DNA from: Patescibacteria group bacterium
Lineage (GTDB): Bacteria > Patescibacteriota > Patescibacteriia > Patescibacteriales > UBA12465
NCBI GenBank assembly: GCA_049318005.1
Contig: JBMOHE010000004.1
Coordinates: forward strand, 1,480-65,479
Direction: 5' to 3'
DNA length: 64,000 nucleotides
Shown in pieces: positions 40,177 to 46,612 of this stretch; position 1 is the first letter of the stretch, and each line of letters starts with the position of its first letter. Both the position numbers and the translations under genes were made by a program. The notes beneath the pieces were generated by a model. That model was not told the DNA's origin and searched no databases. It saw only the letters and a program-made list of their open reading frames with translations.

Positions 40177-41163
40177 TTAAACCAGGCCAGCCGCTTCCTT
40201 TAGTTTATAAGTATTGCCGTGTTTCAAGAGGGCTAGACAAGCGGCTCTCGTCGCTAGCTCATTATTTTGTTTGAGCCTCTTTAACATCCGATTCTTAGTA
40301 ACCGTCCTTAGGACTCTGTGATTGCTAAACTGTATCCACCCTAAAAAATCTACACCGCTGGCTAAAGTTTTATAATACGTTTTCTGAGGATGCAAAGATA
40401 ATCTTAAACGTCCTTCTAAAAACTCATCTAAGTTCGGTCTTAAGGTGATTAGCTCATTCTTATTCTCGCTTAAAAATACAAAATCATCAGCGTAACGAAT
40501 ATAATGTTTTATTTTTAGAGTCCGCTTAACGAATTGATCAAATTCGTTCATATAGACATTAACCAAGAGTTGGGAAGTTAGATTGCCTAACGGCAAGCCG
40601 ACTCTGGGCCGACCAGGAGTTTCAAAACTATCAATTACCTGTCCGAATAACCATAATAAATCTTTATCATTAATGTATTTTGCTAAAATGTTTTTTAAAA
40701 TCTCATGGTCAATACTCGCAAAAAATCTTTTAATGTCACATTTCAAAATCCATACTGTTTTTTTATTATTTTCAGAAACTCGACCGCTAAATTTCGCGAG
40801 ACGAAAGACCGATCGATGGGTGCCCTTGTCTATTCGGCAAGAATAGGAATCATTAATAAATTGCTTATCAAAATATTGATAAGTTTCCCGATATAATAAA
40901 TGATGGAGAAGCCGGTCGCGGACAATCGCTTTATGAATATGCCTAGGTTTGGGGTCGGAAATCTTAAAAGATTGATACCCGCCGTGCTCATAGGTTTTTT
41001 CTTTCAAGCTACGGTAAAGACTTAAAATATTGTCCATCATCTTCCCTTGGAAGGAGGCAACGTCACGACGCTTTCTCTTCCCTGTTAAAAATTCTTCCCA
41101 AGCTAAAAGCAAATTAGGGACGGTTATAATTTCACAATAAGTTTTAGTAAATTTTTTAATTAT
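40177..41163 (-). CDS. DGR reverse transcriptase
   Basis: RT motifs CDIKRFFASIDH, the DGR-type LGNLTSQ, YADDFVF and VDFLGW. The track ORF starts at TTG 41112, but the in-frame upstream codons encode KKFTKTYCEIITVPNLLLAW, which looks like the conserved RT N-terminus. The real start is therefore probably ATA/ATT at ~41163/41160. Confidence 0.9.
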   Translation of the reverse strand: MIKKFTKTYCEIITVPNLLLAWEEFLTGKRKRRDVASFQGKMMDNILSLYRSLKEKTYEHGGYQSFKISDPKPRHIHKAIVRDRLLHHLLYRETYQYFDKQFINDSYSCRIDKGTHRSVFRLAKFSGRVSENNKKTVWILKCDIKRFFASIDHEILKNILAKYINDKDLLWLFGQVIDSFETPGRPRVGLPLGNLTSQLLVNVYMNEFDQFVKRTLKIKHYIRYADDFVFLSENKNELITLRPNLDEFLEGRLRLSLHPQKTYYKTLASGVDFLGWIQFSNHRVLRTVTKNRMLKRLKQNNELATRAACLALLKHGNTYKLKEAAGLV

Positions 41164-41169
41164 AAATTT

Positions 41170-41556
41170 ATGAGTACAGCTCTTCGACCGCCCATAGTGC
41201 TCGTTAAAACCAAGGAAACATACAGCCTTTGGTTTCAGACTCTCTCAGACTTTCCCAAGATTTATCGATATAACTTGGGCGGCAAAATCGAAAGCTGTTT
41301 TTTGTCTCTCTTAGAAAATACTTTTATCACTGCCTATTTATCTGGCGAGAAAAAATCTGCCCAACTTTCTCTAGCGATTTTAAAACTTGATAGCCTTAAA
41401 TTTTTTCTGCAACTGGCTTGGGAAAATAAATGTATTTCTAATCTTAAATATTCTTCTCTATCCGAACGACTGGATGAAGTTGGGCGTATGCTGGGTGGTT
41501 GGAAAAAGGGGCTAGAAAATAAAACTCCCTCGAACGAGCGAAGGAGAAACCGATAA
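41170..41556 (+). CDS. avd: DGR accessory variability determinant (Avd, four-helix-bundle family)
   Basis: 128 aa, helical, basic C-terminus, with a ..LDEVGRMLGGWKKG.. block like Avd/23S-IVS-protein family members. On the strand opposite to the RT, TR and targets. Its stop codon overlaps the TR end. Confidence 0.8.
   Translation: MSTALRPPIVLVKTKETYSLWFQTLSDFPKIYRYNLGGKIESCFLSLLENTFITAYLSGEKKSAQLSLAILKLDSLKFFLQLAWENKCISNLKYSSLSERLDEVGRMLGGWKKGLENKTPSNERRRNR
41525..41546 (-). other. Hairpin 6 nt downstream of TR in - strand RNA
   Basis: On the - strand, CTCCTTCG-ctcgtt-CGAGGGAG forms 8 bp including one U-G wobble. That position would be a C-A mismatch in + strand RNA, favouring function in the - strand transcript. 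Confidence 0.45.
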
Positions 41557-41667
41557 GTTGCGGGGAGACGACCCGGTGACGATACTGACCGTTTAAGACA
41601 TTGGCATTGCCAAGGCGATTCACGTTGACGTTCAGACCGTCAGAATTCACGTTCACGTTAACCACAA
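41553..41667 (-). repeat. DGR template repeat (TR), 115 bp
   Basis: Aligns without gaps to VR1 and VR2. Every difference lies at a + strand T, which is a - strand A. In coding sense it is rich in AAC/AAT codons (VVNVNVNSDGLNVNVNRLGNANVLNGQYRHRVVSPQLI). Confidence 0.92.
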
Positions 41668-41906
41668 AAATGTATAAAACGCCTTCTAATCTCACCGCCG
41701 CCCTGACGAACACGAAAGAAACGGCTGAATATTATTCGGGACCTAAAAGTCCACCAGCGCTCTATACCAACTTATATATTTTTTGATTAAAAATAGTCTC
41801 CCTATTTCGCAAGCCGTAACCAACGAAAATCTCGAAAATATTTTTAAATAGTCTTGGTCCGATAGCCGTGACCAGCGGGCAAAACAAAACCATGTCTTCA
41901 TTATAC

Positions 41907-41966
41907 AAAAAAATCCCCCGGAATCCAAGAGCTTAGTTTAGGACTAAGTTCAAAGGATCCGAGGGA
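41907..41966 (-). terminator. Probable intrinsic terminator after DGR target 1
   Basis: On the - strand an outer imperfect stem (TCCCTCGGATCC / GGATTCCGGGGGA) encloses a perfect CTTAGT/ACTAAG hairpin, followed by TTTTTTT. Confidence 0.5.
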
Positions 41967-41971
41967 CAAAG
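41948..41971. repeat. Conserved 24-bp element downstream of VR1 (gttcaaaggatccgagggacaaag)
   Basis: 23/24 identical to 42745-42768. Located 33 nt from the VR1 end; the other copy is 32 nt from the VR2 end. Confidence 0.7.
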
Positions 41972-41988
41972 TAACAAATTTAAATGGT

Positions 41989-42663
41989 CTAAGTGACCGA
42001 GGGAATAAGTTGCGGGGAGACGACCCGGCGACGAAACTGACCGTCAAAGACATCGGCATCGCCAAGGCGATTCACGTAGACGTCCAGACCGTCAGAATTC
42101 ACGCGCACGCCAACCACAACCAAGTTATCTTCAGGATTATCCTCATTGATTGGTTTGTTCTCATCCTTTTTAATAAGAGAAAACGTACCATATCCTTCCT
42201 GCCTTAACCAGTCAGGCAAAGTTTCACAGAAATCAATGAATTGATTTTGTGATAGCCATTTTTGGTTCCAGGTTCCTGGTAAAGATTTAAAGATATCCAT
42301 TAATTTACCGTCGCCGATCATTTCATGCACCTGCACGAAGGCTTCCATGGTAGCAACGCCGGGATTATTTACGCCCCAGTTGACGAAATCGCCATCAATG
42401 CCAGACTTGAAAGTGTCTTTAGCATTGTAGATTAAACGGCTACCGTCCAAAGCTTTAATGGTAAGAGTGCTGTCACCAGAGATAAGACGAATGATGCCTT
42501 CGGTAACTTTAGCAGTAATCTTTCTCTTCAAGAAATCGTCTAATTCTTCTTCTGTAGAATTGACAAGTTTTTTAAGAGCACTGTTAAACAGTGATTTTTC
42601 GTTTTGAACTCTCTCGATTACTGCTTTAATGAGTCCAAGACCAGTGTTGTCCGTTGTGTTCAT
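41989..42663 (-). CDS. DGR target protein 1 (224 aa, no signal peptide)
   Basis: The C-terminal 38 codons equal VR1. Paralog of 42785-43456, sharing blocks such as ALDG, IDG.F..WG, FCE..P.WLRQ.GY.TF and VNSDGLDVYV. Confidence 0.85.
   Translation of the reverse strand: MNTTDNTGLGLIKAVIERVQNEKSLFNSALKKLVNSTEEELDDFLKRKITAKVTEGIIRLISGDSTLTIKALDGSRLIYNAKDTFKSGIDGDFVNWGVNNPGVATMEAFVQVHEMIGDGKLMDIFKSLPGTWNQKWLSQNQFIDFCETLPDWLRQEGYGTFSLIKKDENKPINEDNPEDNLVVVGVRVNSDGLDVYVNRLGDADVFDGQFRRRVVSPQLIPSVT
42005..42119 (-). repeat. DGR variable repeat 1 (VR1)
   Basis: 12/115 differences from TR, all at TR adenines (- sense). The 24 nt at the 3' end are identical to TR. Confidence 0.92.
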
Positions 42664-42744
42664 TTTTCACCAGTATTATGGTTAGTGATTGTTATCAGCA
42701 CTTCCCGGCTGAATAAGGTAAACCCTCGGGGCCTAAGAACATGT

Positions 42745-42768
42745 GTTCAAAGGATCCGAGGGGCAAAG
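42745..42768. repeat. Conserved 24-bp element downstream of VR2 (gttcaaaggatccgaggggcaaag)
   Basis: See 41948-41971. CCCTCGG (42723-42729) can pair with CCGAGGG (42755-42761). Confidence 0.7.
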
Positions 42769-42784
42769 AATCAAAGACTAAGGA

Positions 42785-43456
42785 TTAAGCTGACAAAGCT
42801 ATAAGTTGCGGGGAGACGACCCGGCGACGACACTGACCGTACAAGACACTGGCATCGCCAAGGCGATACACGTAGACGTCCAGACCGTCAGAATTCACGT
42901 GCACGTCAACCACAACATACTCATCATTAACTTTTGTTAAGAAAAAAGTGGCATATCCGTCCTGACGGAGCCAGGTAGGGTGTTTTTCGCAAAAACGAAT
43001 AATTTGAGCTTGCGTCATTACAAGTTTTTCCAAACCAGGATTGAGTGAGGTGAAAATTTTAACAAAATTTCCATCTTCAACAACTTCGTGGATGTCCACT
43101 AATGTTTCGAGAGTAGCGGGGCCTGATTTATTGAGTCCCCAACTTTTAAAATTTCCATCTATAAACGAACGGAATGTTTGTTTGGCATCAGCGATATACG
43201 CCTTACCATCGAGAGCTTCAACCATCACCTTTTCTCCGACGGAGATAAGGCTAAGCATTGAAGATTTTTGTTCTACATCTTTTGCGAACAAATCTTCAAC
43301 GAGCTTGAAAACTACTCCTGGTTTGCCGACGATTTTCTGTACTTCGTCCAAACTTGAACCGTTCTTTTTTGCCGTGCTGGCAATTGCTTTAAGCACGGTA
43401 CCGGCGAGTTCCAGCCCTTGTCCGAAACTGGGATCTTGTTGGCTACTTTTTTCCAT
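42785..43456 (-). CDS. DGR target protein 2 (223 aa, no signal peptide)
   Basis: The C-terminal 38 codons equal VR2. Paralog of target 1. Preceded by a consensus promoter. Confidence 0.85.
   Translation of the reverse strand: MEKSSQQDPSFGQGLELAGTVLKAIASTAKKNGSSLDEVQKIVGKPGVVFKLVEDLFAKDVEQKSSMLSLISVGEKVMVEALDGKAYIADAKQTFRSFIDGNFKSWGLNKSGPATLETLVDIHEVVEDGNFVKIFTSLNPGLEKLVMTQAQIIRFCEKHPTWLRQDGYATFFLTKVNDEYVVVDVHVNSDGLDVYVYRLGDASVLYGQCRRRVVSPQLIALSA
42801..42915 (-). repeat. DGR variable repeat 2 (VR2)
   Basis: 11/115 differences from TR, all at TR adenines (- sense). Confidence 0.92.
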
Positions 43457-43540
43457 TTTACAATTTATTTGTATTGTTAAAGTATTTTCTGCGCTTTACC
43501 CAGCAGAATTGGGTATTACTCATTATTTGAGTATTAATAC

Positions 43541-43569
43541 ATTATATCATAAAAGTTATTATATGTCAA
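43541..43569 (-). promoter_or_regulatory. Consensus sigma70 promoter of the DGR target genes
   Basis: On the - strand: TTGACA (43569-43564), exactly 17 nt, TATAAT (43546-43541), ~85 nt upstream of the target 2 ATG. Confidence 0.7.
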
Positions 43570-43696
43570 CCATTAGACAATGCCCCATGAAACGACATAA
43601 CCAAATAACTACAAGTTTAAAAACCCCGTCCAATATTTAATTTCCTCAATAATTTCGTCTAAAGAGTTGGAAATCCGTTTTTTAACGACCACTAAA

Positions 43697-43732
43697 ATAA
43701 AAACAACTTCGTTAATGCGAAGTTGTTTTTTT
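43697..43732. terminator. Bidirectional intrinsic terminator
   Basis: Perfect 10-bp stem AACAACTTCG/CGAAGTTGTT with a 6-nt loop, an A-run upstream and a T-run downstream. Confidence 0.7.
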
Positions 43733-43734
43733 AT

Positions 43735-43767
43735 TTGACAAATCACAACTCAATGTACTAATATAAT
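43735..43767 (+). promoter_or_regulatory. Promoter of the small ORF 43788-43973
   Basis: TTGACA at 43735-43740, then TAATAT (18-nt spacer) or TATAAT (21-nt spacer). AAGGAGG lies 8 nt before the ATG. Confidence 0.55.
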
Positions 43768-43787
43768 TTTGAAAGGAGGTTTATTGT

Positions 43788-43973
43788 ATGAATACTGATG
43801 TTTCTTTTATTCGTTCTTTATTATCCTTCGTTCCTCTTATCTTTCTGGCTATCCCCGTGATGATCAGAAAAGATGGGCAAACGGCATTCGCAACTTGCGA
43901 AGGCCAACCTCAAACCAAAAAGAAGAAGAAAAATCGCATGGTGGTAGGTTCAGCCCACGGAGACGAACGATGA
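43788..43973 (+). CDS. Small hydrophobic/polybasic protein (61 aa)
   Basis: Strong SD (GAAAGGAGG) and promoter. N-terminal TM-like SLLSFVPLIFLAIPVMI, then QTKKKKKNR. No homology assignment. Confidence 0.45.
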   Translation: MNTDVSFIRSLLSFVPLIFLAIPVMIRKDGQTAFATCEGQPQTKKKKKNRMVVGSAHGDER

Positions 43974-44138
43974 GGTGTATTGTATAGAATTAAACGGCTG
44001 CGCATAATGCCTTTAATTTTATGGGGGAGTTTTTAATTCTGAAGTTTAATCTTTTGTTTTAACGGCTAACACTACACCGATGACTAGGGAAACATCGTTT
44101 CCCTCTCCCAAAAATTTTTCTAACCGAGTTTTCTAAAC

Positions 44139-44167
44139 TTAAAAAGGCTTTCCCTGCGGAAAGCCTT
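44139..44167 (-). terminator. Intrinsic terminator after the helicase gene
   Basis: Perfect 10-bp stem AAGGCTTTCC/GGAAAGCCTT with a 4-nt loop, followed on the - strand by TTTTT. Confidence 0.75.
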
Positions 44168-44172
44168 ATTTA

Positions 44173-46473
44173 TTATCTTTTGATAATTTCCATTATTTTT
44201 TTAAATGCTTGTCGAATATCTTCATACTGACATTCTAAGAATGGATTCGGATTACCAATGATCATTAAAGATTCTTGAGCTCTTGATAAAGCCACATTCA
44301 ATCTTCTAATATCATTATTAAATCCAATTTCACCCTTACTGTTTGAACGAACTAAACTGACAAAAACAAATTTTCTTTGACCACCTTGAATTGCGTCAAC
44401 GGTAATTACTAATTGACTCAATATCTCTTCGATATTTTTCTCGTTCACCTGCTCTTTTAAAGTGCTATTAAACAATAAATGTTTTCTTAGTCTTTTTTTA
44501 AATAGATGAACTTGGGCCATATACGGAGTAATTATAACTAAATCAGTAATCCTCCCTTTTTGTTTAAGATGATTAACGGCTGTCATAATAAATTTAGCTA
44601 TTACCAAATTTGCTTCACCAGGATTAACATAAGAGGTCCCCATTTTCTTTTCCGGAGTCAAGGTTTCTATAAAAGTTAATTTACCACTGTTTGACGGATT
44701 AAATCGACCAGTCTTTAATTTACCCTCATAGAAAACCGTGCTAACCAAGTTATTGATTTTTTCAAGCGAGCGTCTATTGGTTGATAGCAAATTCGCTGGA
44801 AAATAATTAAGTTCAATCAATGAGTTAAAAAATCCTCGTTCAAAATAATAAGCTAATGATTTTGGTAAATCCAGTTTACTAAAATTCTCATGTTCACTTA
44901 TTTTTTTTTCAAAAAATTCCATTAACTCTTTCGGCAAACTTATATTACCCAGTTGTTTATTATCCCCAATTAAAACTACCTTATCTCTTGCGGCCATGAT
45001 TACTGGCAACAAATCCAGAAAGAAACCTCGGCTCGCTTCATCGACTACGACCACATCAATTTTAATGTCTAGGCCTTTCAAATACTCAGACACCCAGCGA
45101 AAAGAGTCAATCGTACAACCCAAGATTAAGCCCTGCGGATTTTTTCGCAGATAATCTCTTTCGTACTTTCTTGGATTGTCTTTCAGCATGAAACGTTTTT
45201 CACAATGAAATTGCTGAGCAGGCGCAGAAATTACTTTTAAATCATTTCCCAAACGAAAGACCTTGTCATCAGAATATTTGGCAGTTTCGCAAATCAAATT
45301 ATCCACGCCAAGGTTACTATGAGAGACAATTAAAACGTTGCGATTGTTTTTGTTGAATTGATAATTAGCGGCGGCTGTTAAAAACGTTTTCCCAGTCGCT
45401 GCCGGACCAACTACGAGTGTAAAAAACTCAAGGCCCATAATTTTAATCATCGCCTCAACTTGACTACGGTCGCGCCTTATTTTATCAGTTTCATTACTAA
45501 AGAAAATAGTTGAATAATTATTCAAGAAATCATCCCGTTTATTGCTTTTGGCTTTTTCTCCTAAAGCTAAAAATTCAGCTGGCCCGTAAGGGACCTTCTT
45601 GTTTAGTAAGGCCTCAAAAGAAAATATGGCATACTTTTTTTCAAGCAAATCGATTATTGGTCGCGCTTTGAATGATTTAATATGAGAAAGAATGTTTCGA
45701 CTTACTGGCTCGCCGAAAGAAAATGTGACTTCAGTATCAGTTGCCTGGATAACTAAAGTTTCAATGTCTTCCAAGAAAATCTTGTCTCCTTCTCTAACAA
45801 TAGGCAAGCCTTTATAATTATTCTTCAAGGCGGCCACGGCACTTTTTACTTTTTTGTTCTTTTCAGAATATTCAAAAGTAATAGGAATATCAAGATTAAT
45901 AAGTTCGATCTCCCAAGCGTTTAACCAGTCAATATAAAGTTTTGATAAATATATCATCGCTTTAATAAACTCGGAAAACCCTTCTTTAATTGGTTTAAAA
46001 TTTGGTTCTCGATTAATTTCATAAACCATTCTGGCCCGTCTTCCAATGTCGTTATAATAACGATCATTAAAATAATGGGTTAACAATTTATTCTCTTTAA
46101 GGCGTTTTCGCAAATTTTCAACATTACAGAGAAATTCAAACTCTTTCCAGCTAGAGAAAGGAACGAAATCGAGGTATTCCTCATTTACAACGGACATAAA
46201 AGGAGAAAAATCCTTCTTACCTCCATTGATCAAGATAATAAGACTTGAGGAAAAAGTTCTCTTCATAATTAACCCATCCTTGTGAGAATAGTTAATCAAA
46301 AGAATTAAGCTTGGAGAAACCTTACCCGAAGGACTAGACTCTAGCTTAAAGTTCATAATTTCTGTTTGAAGCTGATCGCGAAAATTTCTTCGCGTTACAT
46401 TCCAGCCTCTGCCTTGAAGATATTTTGAAAAAACATCTTCCGGTAATTCATTGATAACAAGAATTTCACTCAT
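44173..46473 (-). CDS. Upf1/DNA2-like SF1 helicase with ~340-aa unassigned N-terminal region
   Basis: Walker A VVGPAATGKT, Walker B VVVDEASR, and later motifs TVDAIQGGQRKFVFVS and RRLNVALSRAQESL (AAA_11/AAA_12-type). I see no motif in the N-terminal third. Confidence 0.85.
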   Translation of the reverse strand: MSEILVINELPEDVFSKYLQGRGWNVTRRNFRDQLQTEIMNFKLESSPSGKVSPSLILLINYSHKDGLIMKRTFSSSLIILINGGKKDFSPFMSVVNEEYLDFVPFSSWKEFEFLCNVENLRKRLKENKLLTHYFNDRYYNDIGRRARMVYEINREPNFKPIKEGFSEFIKAMIYLSKLYIDWLNAWEIELINLDIPITFEYSEKNKKVKSAVAALKNNYKGLPIVREGDKIFLEDIETLVIQATDTEVTFSFGEPVSRNILSHIKSFKARPIIDLLEKKYAIFSFEALLNKKVPYGPAEFLALGEKAKSNKRDDFLNNYSTIFFSNETDKIRRDRSQVEAMIKIMGLEFFTLVVGPAATGKTFLTAAANYQFNKNNRNVLIVSHSNLGVDNLICETAKYSDDKVFRLGNDLKVISAPAQQFHCEKRFMLKDNPRKYERDYLRKNPQGLILGCTIDSFRWVSEYLKGLDIKIDVVVVDEASRGFFLDLLPVIMAARDKVVLIGDNKQLGNISLPKELMEFFEKKISEHENFSKLDLPKSLAYYFERGFFNSLIELNYFPANLLSTNRRSLEKINNLVSTVFYEGKLKTGRFNPSNSGKLTFIETLTPEKKMGTSYVNPGEANLVIAKFIMTAVNHLKQKGRITDLVIITPYMAQVHLFKKRLRKHLLFNSTLKEQVNEKNIEEILSQLVITVDAIQGGQRKFVFVSLVRSNSKGEIGFNNDIRRLNVALSRAQESLMIIGNPNPFLECQYEDIRQAFKKIMEIIKR

Positions 46474-46483
46474 GATCTTTTGT

Positions 46484-46508
46484 TTTGTTTACTCCGCCTT
46501 GGGCGGAT
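46484..46508. repeat. 25-nt GC-rich hairpin-capable motif, copy B (tttgtttactccgccttgggcggat)
   Basis: 24/25 identical to 363-387. Lies in the 5' leader of the helicase gene on the - strand; TCCGCC/GGCGGA can form a stem. Confidence 0.6.
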
Positions 46509-46581
46509 GGTTTTTAAATTTTTAAATTACTAGGAAGATTTATCCTAAAATAAATACGGCTAATAGTCAAGGAAAATAGCA

Positions 46582-46608
46582 TTAAAAAAGCCCCATTAAC
46601 TGGGGCTT
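46582..46608 (-). terminator. Intrinsic terminator after the HD/dGTPase gene
   Basis: Perfect 8-bp stem AAGCCCCA/TGGGGCTT followed on the - strand by TTTTTT. Confidence 0.7.
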
Positions 46609-46612
46609 AAAA

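Larger units (their letters stand above)
36206..43733. mobile_element. Putative integrated rolling-circle/serine-recombinase element carrying a DGR (right end uncertain)
   Basis: tRNA-adjacent recombinase, HUH Rep, a GC-rich hairpin, an HTH gene and the DGR all lie on one strand. The left limit is inferred from the tRNA terminator. The right limit is a guess at the bidirectional terminator near 43700 and could extend to ~47860. Confidence 0.4.

Noticed and set aside
40177-41163. RT as a retron or group II intron reverse transcriptase
   Set aside because: There are no intron RNA domains or maturase/endonuclease extensions, and no msr/msd-like inverted repeats adjacent. The TR/VR pairs with A-only changes and the LGNLTSQ motif identify a DGR.
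41444-41713. 89-aa - strand ORF (..VVNVNVNSDGLNVNVNRLGNANVLNGQYRHRVVSPQLI..)
   Set aside because: It is simply the template repeat read in the target frame, running on into antisense avd. It has no independent start context and overlaps the better-supported avd gene. Treated as the TR, not a gene.
41601-41928. 61-aa ORFs on both strands between TR and VR1 (41601-41786 +, 41743-41928 -)
   Set aside because: They are short, mutually overlapping, lack an SD, and partly overlap the TR or the terminator structure. No supporting features.
43041-43640. 199-aa + strand ORF
   Set aside because: Antisense shadow of DGR target 2 and its promoter region, with low-complexity S/T/L-rich translation. The - strand paralog pair carrying the VR is clearly the real coding strand.
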